Origin: an archaeon
GTDB taxonomy: Archaea > Iainarchaeota > Iainarchaeia > Iainarchaeales > JANQMZ01
Assembly: GCA_028279805.1 (NCBI GenBank)
Contig: JANQMZ010000007.1
Span: 570,001 to 602,000 of the forward strand
Reading direction: 5' to 3'
Length of the DNA: 32,000 nt
The translations under genes and the position numbers were made by a program. Below are positions 1-7,517 of this stretch, in pieces (position 1 is the first letter of the stretch; each line of letters begins with the position of its first letter). A model generated the notes under the pieces. It had not been told where the DNA came from. It did not search any database and worked only from the letters and a program-made list of their open reading frames with translations.

Positions 1-978
1 GTGGACGTGGCCAAAGTGAATCAGAAAGGAATAATGTTCAGCTTAATGGTTTTGATTATGATTTTGTCTGTAATTGCTTTACAGGATGTTTTCAGGGAAT
101 CAAAAATTGCACAGCAAAGAAATCCTGAAAAAACAAGAATTTTTTCGGTTAATGAAAAATATGAAAACATTAACAGGAACATTGTTGACCTGTTTAAAGA
201 GGATTATTTGAGGGAGGTTAGCCAGAGAAATTTGCCTTTTAATTATTTAATTGACGGAAACAAAATAAAATTTAATCATTCAATTCCGTGGGATAAGGGC
301 ACAATTGAAAATTATTTTGACACAATTAACACTTACAGAATTTTTATTTCTGATAAAAATTATTCAAATGCTTTTGACGGAATTTTTACACAGGTGGAAA
401 CTTTGCAGAATAGTGAATGGGGCGGAACAGCAACTGATACACATTTTTTAATTCAGCCATTCTGCACAAATTTTGAAACAGGAGACTTAAACAGGGCAAG
501 AATAACAGAATCTTTTGCAAGCCAGTGCTTAAATTCTTTTGATGAAAATAAGATGCGCAGGTTTGATGTTGACATTGTTGTAAGGAATTCAAATGAAGAT
601 TTTAATTCAGTTTTTTGTTCAAACGGCTGTTCTTCTCAAAATTTTAATCCTTCAAATTCAAATCCTTATTACAGGCTTGTAATTGATGACACCAAATGTT
701 CTTCCAAATGCAATTTAAGCCAGACTGTTTTCAGTAAACATTTTTTGGCTGATGACAATGAAACAATTATTTTGTCCGGAGCAGCGTCAAAACCTTTGAG
801 AATCAGGTTTATGAACGGCGTATTAGTTCAGAGAAACGGTGATTTTTTTGTAGATTCAAACATTCAGGTTCAGTTTGATCAAAATATTAGTGATTTGTTT
901 TTTCTGGATTTTAATTTTACTTTAACTGAACCTGATTTTAATATTGTTAAAACAAATAATCCGCAAAAACTGAATTAA
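1..978 (+). CDS. Hypothetical membrane-anchored protein with one N-terminal hydrophobic helix (possibly truncated at the window edge)
   Basis: Open frame from base 1 to TAA at 976-978. N-terminal KGIMFSLMVLIMILSVIALQ helix followed by a Cys-containing extracellular-like region. Lies next to the pilin gene. Confidence 0.6.
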   Translation: MDVAKVNQKGIMFSLMVLIMILSVIALQDVFRESKIAQQRNPEKTRIFSVNEKYENINRNIVDLFKEDYLREVSQRNLPFNYLIDGNKIKFNHSIPWDKGTIENYFDTINTYRIFISDKNYSNAFDGIFTQVETLQNSEWGGTATDTHFLIQPFCTNFETGDLNRARITESFASQCLNSFDENKMRRFDVDIVVRNSNEDFNSVFCSNGCSSQNFNPSNSNPYYRLVIDDTKCSSKCNLSQTVFSKHFLADDNETIILSGAASKPLRIRFMNGVLVQRNGDFFVDSNIQVQFDQNISDLFFLDFNFTLTEPDFNIVKTNNPQKLN

Positions 979-1019
979 AGATATTTTTCTTTTTATAACA
1001 AAATAACCCATTTAAGTTA

Positions 1020-1030
1020 AGTTTATAAAG
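1020..1030 (+). promoter_or_regulatory. TATA-like box upstream of the pilin gene
   Basis: AGTTTATAAAGG sequence in the intergenic region before the 1105 ORF. Confidence 0.45.
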
Positions 1031-1059
1031 GATTTAAAGCCTAAGATACTAAAATTTAG

Positions 1060-1073
1060 ACTCTCATGAGAGT
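1060..1073. repeat. Perfect 14-nt palindrome ACTCTCATGAGAGT in the pilin 5' leader
   Basis: Read directly. Sits between the TATA-like box and the GGAGGG ribosome-binding site. Confidence 0.6.
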
Positions 1074-1104
1074 TTTACTCTAAAAAAAATTACGGAGGGA
1101 TTAA

Positions 1105-1533
1105 ATGAACAAAAAAGGACAGTCCGCAATTGAATACCTGATGACATACGGTTGGGCTTTGATTGTAATTGCAATTGTTGTCGGAATTCTGGTGTTTGTA
1201 TTAAGCAACACGTCAGGAGGAGCAACATGCCAGTCAAGAAGCCAGAAAATTATTCTGAAAGAATACGCAGTTGATCCTGATACTGTTGCTTTGGGAATGC
1301 AAAACGCAACAGGTTCTGATATGACCAGTATAACCTACGCAGGAGCCGGTGACTTTGGAGGAACAGGTTCAACAGCAGGAACAATTACAAGCGGAAGCGA
1401 GTTTACTGTAACAACCAATAACTTGACCGGGCCGGGTGCCGGTGAGTTTACAGACGGTGTTGTAACAATAACCTATAGTACAAGTTTGTTAACAAATCAA
1501 GACGTTAACATTGTTTGCAGCGGATCACTTTAA
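1105..1533 (+). CDS. Class III signal peptide pilin-like protein (archaeal type IV pilin)
   Basis: N-terminus MNKKGQSAIEYLMTYGWALIVIAIVVGILVFVL has the archaeal QSAIEYL-type prepilin motif. Preceded by GGAGGG. Confidence 0.85.
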   Translation: MNKKGQSAIEYLMTYGWALIVIAIVVGILVFVLSNTSGGATCQSRSQKIILKEYAVDPDTVALGMQNATGSDMTSITYAGAGDFGGTGSTAGTITSGSEFTVTTNNLTGPGAGEFTDGVVTITYSTSLLTNQDVNIVCSGSL

Positions 1534-1569
1534 GTGAATTAATCCGCTCTTTTTCTTTTTTTTATTTTT
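1519..1569 (+). terminator. Hairpin plus T-rich tract after the pilin gene
   Basis: AGCGGAT (1519-1525) pairs with ATCCGCT (1542-1548), and CACTT (1526-1530) with AAGTG (1532-1536). Followed by CTTTTTCTTTTTTTTTATTTTTT. Confidence 0.55.
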
Positions 1570-2583
1570 TTATAACAAGCCTGAGGCAACTCCGCCTAAT
1601 GCCTGTCCCATTAATAATCTGATTCCGAAAAAAACAACAAAAGCAATAACCAGCATTACCGGAATATATTTTACTCCGTCAAGCTCTTTTCCGGAATTGA
1701 TTACTCCTAAAACAAGTGAAGAAAAAATAACAGTAACAATTAATGCAATTTGAGCAAAAAACAAAATAAATGCAGGTTCAATTGCACTTGCCGGGGTTCC
1801 CACCAAGCCTGTTACGCCAATTGCGCTTCCTGAAGCACGTGAAGTGAAATCCTGAGGCAAACTGATATCCTGTGTCTGTTCTGTTATTGATTCAACAATA
1901 ATTGTTGACAATCCTAACAATGCGGGCGCGCCTATGGCTGCAGCAAAAAAAATCATTAAAACATACAGTGAAACGTTTGCATGAATTTCATGTCTAAGCT
2001 CATTATCTTCACGCAAATCAGCACTTAAATTGTTTAACAGGTCGGCAAGCTGTGCTCCTGATTTTATGCCCTGAACAATTAACCACATGGTTCTTTTCAG
2101 GATAAGTGACTTGATTTTTGCAGGAAGCTGGGTTAAAGCATCAGCCAGTCCTTGCCCTGCAATAATTCTTTTGCTTGCAGCTTTTAATTCCACACTTAAA
2201 TACTTGAATTCAGGGCGGGCTGACATGAATAAAGCCCGTTCAGTTGTCAGTCCAGCCTTAATGTTTGAAGAAACTAATTGCAGTGCGTCAGGCAAAATGT
2301 TTTCAACAAATTCTCCTTTTTTTTCAGCAATAGAATTAAGCCAGTAATATGTTCCGACTCCTATTGAAACCAATAAAATTGGAAAAGTGATTAAAAAAAA
2401 CCAGTTTAAAATTATTTGTAAAATTGCTGCAATAACCAGACTGAAAACCAAGCCGAACACTAACATGAACCCCATAAATTTTTGGGCATTTTCATGTGAT
2501 TCTCCGATGTAAATCATTTCCTGTTCAATTTTTTTCTGAATGTTGTCAGGCAACAATGCTGCAATTCTTAAATATAGTCCCAT
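1570..2583 (-). CDS. Type II/IV secretion system F family membrane protein (TadC/FlaJ-like)
   Basis: 337 aa, multiple TM helices, T2SF-like segments GLTTERALFMSARPEFKYLSVELK and GIKSGAQLADLLNNLS. Adjacent to a second such gene and a secretion ATPase. Confidence 0.8.
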   Translation of the reverse strand: MGLYLRIAALLPDNIQKKIEQEMIYIGESHENAQKFMGFMLVFGLVFSLVIAAILQIILNWFFLITFPILLVSIGVGTYYWLNSIAEKKGEFVENILPDALQLVSSNIKAGLTTERALFMSARPEFKYLSVELKAASKRIIAGQGLADALTQLPAKIKSLILKRTMWLIVQGIKSGAQLADLLNNLSADLREDNELRHEIHANVSLYVLMIFFAAAIGAPALLGLSTIIVESITEQTQDISLPQDFTSRASGSAIGVTGLVGTPASAIEPAFILFFAQIALIVTVIFSSLVLGVINSGKELDGVKYIPVMLVIAFVVFFGIRLLMGQALGGVASGLL

Positions 2584-2587
2584 AATC

Positions 2588-3472
2588 TTACCCCATTAAA
2601 GCTGGTCTTCGTGATTTTATTATTCCAATGTACATAAACTCCAAAACCATTACCGCTCCCAATAAAATCCAGAATAAAAAATCTGTTACAACAATTTTTG
2701 GAAAAGAACTTAAAACAACCAAAAAAGTCAGACCCAAAGTCGGCATTATAACCCCAATCATCATGTAAACCAATGACAACAAGCTTAGCTGTGAACCATA
2801 TTTTTTAACTGCAATTTTTTGCTCTCGCGCCATTGTTCTCACTGATTCAGCCAAAACATCTCCAATGTCTGCCCCGGCAACCAAACCGTTAACAATTTGC
2901 CAGATTGCTTTTCTGAAATAATTTGAAGGATTGTCAGCTGCTAACTGCCTTAAAGCTTCTTCCTGGTCTAATCCTGTGTTAATTTTGTCAATAGCTTTTT
3001 TGAATTCAACGCTTATCTGGCCATGATCGCCCTCCGCGACCAAATTCATTGCCCGAAATAAGCTGACCCCTCCTTTAATCTGGACAAGCATTGTTCTTAA
3101 TGCAAACATTAAATTTTTTTCAATGTTCCTGACTTTTCTTTTAACCAGAATGTTTGGATAAAAAGCTATCTGAATAAAAATTAAAAACCATAAAAGAAGT
3201 GAAACACCTAATCCAAGCAGTAAAAAATTTTCAGTTATTAAGCTTAAAAGTAATGGAATTAAAACTACAAATAAAACAAAATAAAAGCTTGGAATCAATA
3301 ACATTATTGCCCCGTATTCTTCAAGCCTTATTTTTAATTCAGCCTGATGCAATTGTTCTTTTAAACTTGGAAAAAGAAAGACAATGTTTGCACCTAATCC
3401 TTTTAATGCATGAGCCAAAGGCAATAACTTGTTTAAAGGCAAAGGAGAAAAAGGAATTAAACCGGGTTTCAT
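2588..3472 (-). CDS. Type II/IV secretion system F family membrane protein (TadB/FlaJ-like)
   Basis: 294 aa with TM helices. T2SF-like core KGGVSLFRAMNLVAEGDHGQISVEFKKAIDKINTGLDQEEALRQLA. Confidence 0.8.
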   Translation of the reverse strand: MKPGLIPFSPLPLNKLLPLAHALKGLGANIVFLFPSLKEQLHQAELKIRLEEYGAIMLLIPSFYFVLFVVLIPLLLSLITENFLLLGLGVSLLLWFLIFIQIAFYPNILVKRKVRNIEKNLMFALRTMLVQIKGGVSLFRAMNLVAEGDHGQISVEFKKAIDKINTGLDQEEALRQLAADNPSNYFRKAIWQIVNGLVAGADIGDVLAESVRTMAREQKIAVKKYGSQLSLLSLVYMMIGVIMPTLGLTFLVVLSSFPKIVVTDFLFWILLGAVMVLEFMYIGIIKSRRPALMG

Positions 3473-4986
3473 TCTCCAATCACATCCTGAGGTTTTTTAT
3501 TTTTTTTAACTAAATTAAAAACATCATCAGGATTCATATAATAATTACCAATAACTTTTCCGACAGTGTTAACGTTTGGCAAATCGTTTTTAACCATCCA
3601 GTCCAAAATTTGTTTTTTTTCATTAATTTCATCATCAATTTCTTTTTTGGACAAGCCGGTATGCAAAGCCAAATCGTCATACAATCTTAATGATTCATTT
3701 TGTTTTGAAATTGTATCATTTGCTCCACGCCAACGGTAAATAATGTTTGCTTTTAATGTTTCCTGCCCTTCACCACGCCTTTCAGGAACAAATTCTGCAA
3801 CCTGCAAAGGACGCCTGATTCCAAGCTTTCTGTTTCTGAACATTACAATGTTTAAATGAACAGAGTCAAGCATTGATGCGGGAATTGAGATTGGAGGATT
3901 TGTAAAACGCCTGATTGTTTCTTCCGCTGTGTTTGCGTGAAAAGTTGTATAAACTGAGTGGCCTGTGTGCATAGCTTCAAACATAACCTCTGCTTCCCTT
4001 TGACGCCTTATTTCTCCGACAATAATTCTGTCAGGCCTCATTCTCAGAGAATTAACAAGCAAGTCAAGCATGTTTACCCCGCCTTTTCCTTCAGGATTTG
4101 GCTCTCTTGTGGTTAAAGGGACCCAGTGCATGAATTCCGGCGGCTGAACCTCCCTAGTATCTTCAATTGAAATCATTCTGTGGTTTGGCTGAATAAAAGG
4201 AATGCATACTCCCAAAACGGATGTTTTTCCTGAAGCTGTTCCCCCTGAAAAAATTACATTGCTTTCATATTCAATTGCTTCCCAAACCAAAGCCATTAAT
4301 TCTGACGACAAAGTTTTGTTTTTAATAAAATCAACAACTGTCCACGGGTCACGCCTGAAACGCCTGATTGTTATTGTGTTTCCTTTTCCTGAAATTGGAT
4401 AAAGAGTTGCATTGGCTCTGTCCCCGGTAACCAGGTGGGCGTCAAGCAAAGGTGTTAAAGTTGTTATTTGTTTTCCGACTCGTCTTGCGATAATGCTTGC
4501 ATAATTTTCAATTTCAGGTTCAGTGTTAATCCAGACATTTGTTTTTAGCCAGCCAAATTCTTTGCTGTAAACCCACACAGGATCTGAGGCACCGTTAATA
4601 ACCACTTCCTCAAGATTAGGGTCTGCCAATAAAAATTCTATCTGCCCCAAGCCAAGCATCTGATTTAACAATTCGTTTGTAATTATTTTTTCATCATTTT
4701 CTGATAATTTTGCAACTCCTGTTCTTAACATTTTTTGAGCTCTTTCCGAAAAATCTTTTTTCAAATGTTCCATGAATTTTGCATCTAACAATTTTTCAGT
4801 TGAAAGTTTTACTTCTCCAAGCAAAGAACTTTTCAGATTGGTTAACAAAGCTTTTGTTCCTTCACCATACTGGGGAAAATTTAAGTTATACCGTCTTACA
4901 AAAGCTTTTTTGTCTTCAATAATATTAACCTCTAATTCAACTTCGTCCGATTTTATTGTATAAGTTTTTAGCACATTTTCAGCCAT
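3469..4986 (-). CDS. Type II/IV secretion system ATPase (FlaI/TadA/VirB11-like)
   Basis: Walker A GGTASGKTSVL, ISIEDTREVQPP (Walker-B-like), RPDRIIVGEIRRQREAEVMFEAMHTGHSVYTTFHANTAEETIRR. Start overlaps the stop of the upstream gene, and the stop overlaps the 3472 start by 4 nt (ATGA). Confidence 0.93.
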   Translation of the reverse strand: MAENVLKTYTIKSDEVELEVNIIEDKKAFVRRYNLNFPQYGEGTKALLTNLKSSLLGEVKLSTEKLLDAKFMEHLKKDFSERAQKMLRTGVAKLSENDEKIITNELLNQMLGLGQIEFLLADPNLEEVVINGASDPVWVYSKEFGWLKTNVWINTEPEIENYASIIARRVGKQITTLTPLLDAHLVTGDRANATLYPISGKGNTITIRRFRRDPWTVVDFIKNKTLSSELMALVWEAIEYESNVIFSGGTASGKTSVLGVCIPFIQPNHRMISIEDTREVQPPEFMHWVPLTTREPNPEGKGGVNMLDLLVNSLRMRPDRIIVGEIRRQREAEVMFEAMHTGHSVYTTFHANTAEETIRRFTNPPISIPASMLDSVHLNIVMFRNRKLGIRRPLQVAEFVPERRGEGQETLKANIIYRWRGANDTISKQNESLRLYDDLALHTGLSKKEIDDEINEKKQILDWMVKNDLPNVNTVGKVIGNYYMNPDDVFNLVKKNKKPQDVIGE

Positions 4987-6275
4987 TAAAACTCATCCTC
5001 TTTTTTTTTCAGTAAAATTTCAACAACCGGTTCGCCAATCGGAGGATATTTTAAATGAGCCAAACCTGTTTGCTGTAAAATTCTGACATATTCTTCAACT
5101 TTTTTAACAGGCATGTTTAATTCTTTGGATAATGCTCCCAGTCTTGCTTTTCCCTTTTCTTTAATTGCATCATAAACCCTGTCCAAATCGGTTTCAAGCG
5201 TGGTTTTTTTGATTTCCCTGACAACGCTTTTTTTCTTTTCCTTGGCTTTTTTGCCCGTATAAGCCTGGGAAATTTCTTTTTCAATGCTTTGAGGCTGATA
5301 ACCCTGTTTTGTTTCAACCATTCCCAGTAACTTGTCAAAAACTCTTACAATGTTATCAGCTTTAACTTCATCCCCCTCACTTTGGGCTTCGTCGAGCAAA
5401 GTTTTCATTCTGTCCTCAAGTTGTTCCATTTGTTCGTCTTTAATTGAAGTTGACTTGAACTGAACAGGTTTTGAATCAATGGTTTGTGAAACTTTTGGAG
5501 CTTTTTCTGTTTTTTCCTCAACCGGAACTTTAACTGTTTTTTCAACAACTTTTTCAACAACTTTTTCCCTTGGAGCAAAATCCTTGGCTGCAAACAATCT
5601 TAAACCGGAAACAGGCAAAGATTTTCTTATTAATGCTGATGTGTCCCTGACAATTTTTTTTTCCCTTTTTGAAATTTCTTTCTCAGTATAATTGTTGGTT
5701 TTTGCTTCAAAAAAGCTTTGGGGAATATTGTTCAGAGTTTTTTCAACAATTGATTCTAAGGATAATTCAAATGCGTTGTCTTTTGAACTGACAACAATTT
5801 TAGATTGTTTTTTTTTGACAGCTTTTTGTTCAAATGATTGTTTTTTTTCCCCGAAAAACAGTTTCCACCACGATCCCTTTTCAGGCATTTCTTTTTTTCC
5901 AAGTCTTTGAAGCAAAAAATTTTTTCTTTTAATATCACTGTTTGTTAAGCTTTTTTTATTTTCAAGTTTTTTTAATTCAGTTTCCCATTGTTTTTCAATT
6001 TTTGATTTTATTTCAGTTCTGTAAGGTTTTTGGGTTTTTTGGGCAACAGGTTTTGAGGGTTTGGATGAAACAAGATTTTTTTGAATTTTTTTAAAATCTT
6101 TGGGAAATTTTTGAGCCTGTTTAAAAAAAGAATTCCACCAGTCCTGGTTTTTAACAGGTTTTTGATTTTTAATAGTGTCAGATTTTTTTTTTGATGAATT
6201 TTTAGGTTTTGAACCTTTTTTGTTTTTTGAATCTTTTTTTGGTTTTAAAAAACTTTTAAGCATTGCAAAAATCAT
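4986..6275 (-). CDS. Lys-rich low-complexity/coiled protein with C-terminal winged-helix-like domain
   Basis: 429 aa. K/E-rich N-terminal 200 aa. C-terminal DRVYDAIKEKGKARLGALSKELNMPVKKVEEYVRILQQTGLAHLKYP resembles a winged helix. TAATG overlap with the ATPase gene. Confidence 0.7.
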   Translation of the reverse strand: MIFAMLKSFLKPKKDSKNKKGSKPKNSSKKKSDTIKNQKPVKNQDWWNSFFKQAQKFPKDFKKIQKNLVSSKPSKPVAQKTQKPYRTEIKSKIEKQWETELKKLENKKSLTNSDIKRKNFLLQRLGKKEMPEKGSWWKLFFGEKKQSFEQKAVKKKQSKIVVSSKDNAFELSLESIVEKTLNNIPQSFFEAKTNNYTEKEISKREKKIVRDTSALIRKSLPVSGLRLFAAKDFAPREKVVEKVVEKTVKVPVEEKTEKAPKVSQTIDSKPVQFKSTSIKDEQMEQLEDRMKTLLDEAQSEGDEVKADNIVRVFDKLLGMVETKQGYQPQSIEKEISQAYTGKKAKEKKKSVVREIKKTTLETDLDRVYDAIKEKGKARLGALSKELNMPVKKVEEYVRILQQTGLAHLKYPPIGEPVVEILLKKKEDEF

Positions 6276-6328
6276 TGAAAAACAAGCTCCTCGGAGTAAT
6301 TTATTTTAGATTATTTATTTAAAGGCAA

Positions 6329-6808
6329 TTATTTTGCCAGTTTTCTCTTTAAAGCTGTTTGAACGCCTTTAGATACAAATTTTTCAATGTTGCCGCCCAG
6401 AAGCGCTATTTCTTTAACCATGCTTGAACTGACATAAAAATATCTGGCATCAGTCATGATAAAAACAGTGTCAATATCAGAATCAAGTTTTCTGTTGACA
6501 ACAGCCTGCTGAAACTCAAATTCAAAATCTGACAATTCCCTTAATCCTCTTAAAATTATTTTAGTGTTTTTTTGTTTCACGAAGTCAACCAGCAATCCGG
6601 AAAAAGTTTCAACTGAAACATTTTTCAAATCCTTTACCTCTTTTTCAACCAAACTTTTTCTTTCTTCCAGTGAAAACAATGCTTTTTTGTCAGAATGGGT
6701 TGTAATGCCTATAACAATTTTGTCAAACATTTTTGAAGCTCTTTTAATAACATCAATGTGCCCCAGGGTAACAGGGTCAAAGGTTCCAGGGTAAACAGCT
6801 GTTTTCAT
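6329..6808 (-). CDS. coaD: Pantetheine-phosphate adenylyltransferase, bacterial-type
   Basis: YPGTFDPVTLGHIDVIKRA nucleotidyltransferase motif, IILRGLRELSDFEFEFQ, and YFYVSSSMVKEIA C-terminal motif. Confidence 0.92.
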   Translation of the reverse strand: MKTAVYPGTFDPVTLGHIDVIKRASKMFDKIVIGITTHSDKKALFSLEERKSLVEKEVKDLKNVSVETFSGLLVDFVKQKNTKIILRGLRELSDFEFEFQQAVVNRKLDSDIDTVFIMTDARYFYVSSSMVKEIALLGGNIEKFVSKGVQTALKRKLAK

Positions 6809-7374
6809 AAAAATTCACGCATTTTTTTTGCCAATATTCTGATTTGTTTTTTTGTAAGAGTTTTTGTTTTAGAATTATCAATAATGAAATGAGCTTTTTT
6901 TAACTTTTTACTTAAAGGCATCTGGGATTTGATTATTGACAATGCCTGTTTTTTTGTGAATCCGCGGAGCTTTAAACGTTCAACTTGTTGTTTTTGGGTT
7001 GATTTGACCACTATAATGTGTGAAAAAAGAGGCTTAAAGTTTGTTTTTGATTCAAAAATAAGGGGAATGTCAGCCAAAACCGGTTTTTTAAATTTTTTAA
7101 TGCGGTTGACAATAATTTTTTTGACAAGAGGATGAAGCAATGATTCAAGTTTTTTTTTCTCAGTTTTGGAAGAAAAAACAATCTGGCTTATTTTTTTTTT
7201 ATTCGTTGTATTAAAAATTTTTTTAATGTTTTTTTTAATTTTTTTGTCATTGTAAAGGGAAGAAACAATTTTGTCAGAGTCAATTGTTTTAAATCCCATT
7301 TTTTTGAATTCGTGCAGAACAAAACTTTTGCCGGAAGCAATGCCGCCGGTTAAAGCAAAAACTCCTTTAACCAT
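6805..7374 (-). CDS. coaE: Dephospho-CoA kinase, bacterial-type; start placed at the ATG before VKGVFALTGG rather than at 7422
   Basis: P-loop TGGIASGKS, DSDKIV, LESLLHPLVKKII, ADIPLIFES, and the CoaE-like segment VERLKLRGFTKKQALSIIKSQMPLSKK. 4-nt overlap (ATGA) with coaD. Confidence 0.88.
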   Translation of the reverse strand: MVKGVFALTGGIASGKSFVLHEFKKMGFKTIDSDKIVSSLYNDKKIKKNIKKIFNTTNKKKISQIVFSSKTEKKKLESLLHPLVKKIIVNRIKKFKKPVLADIPLIFESKTNFKPLFSHIIVVKSTQKQQVERLKLRGFTKKQALSIIKSQMPLSKKLKKAHFIIDNSKTKTLTKKQIRILAKKMREFL

Positions 7375-7517
7375 AAAACAATTTTTTAACCAGAAAAAAT
7401 TAAAATGATATTTTTTACACAAATTCCTGGAAACACAGAAACAAATATAAACACCAAGTCGCTAATCATTAAGCTTCAAATACACATCACAAATTTAACC
7501 GGGTTCGACCTTGCCTG

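Noticed and set aside
4986-6275. Lys-rich repeats read as a possible nucleotide tandem repeat
   Set aside because: AAA/AAG-rich low-complexity coding without a regular repeat unit.
6324-6338. Small hairpin GGCAA-TTATT-TTGCC at the coaD stop
   Set aside because: Only 5 bp and partly coding, with no strong T-run on the relevant side; too weak to call a terminator.
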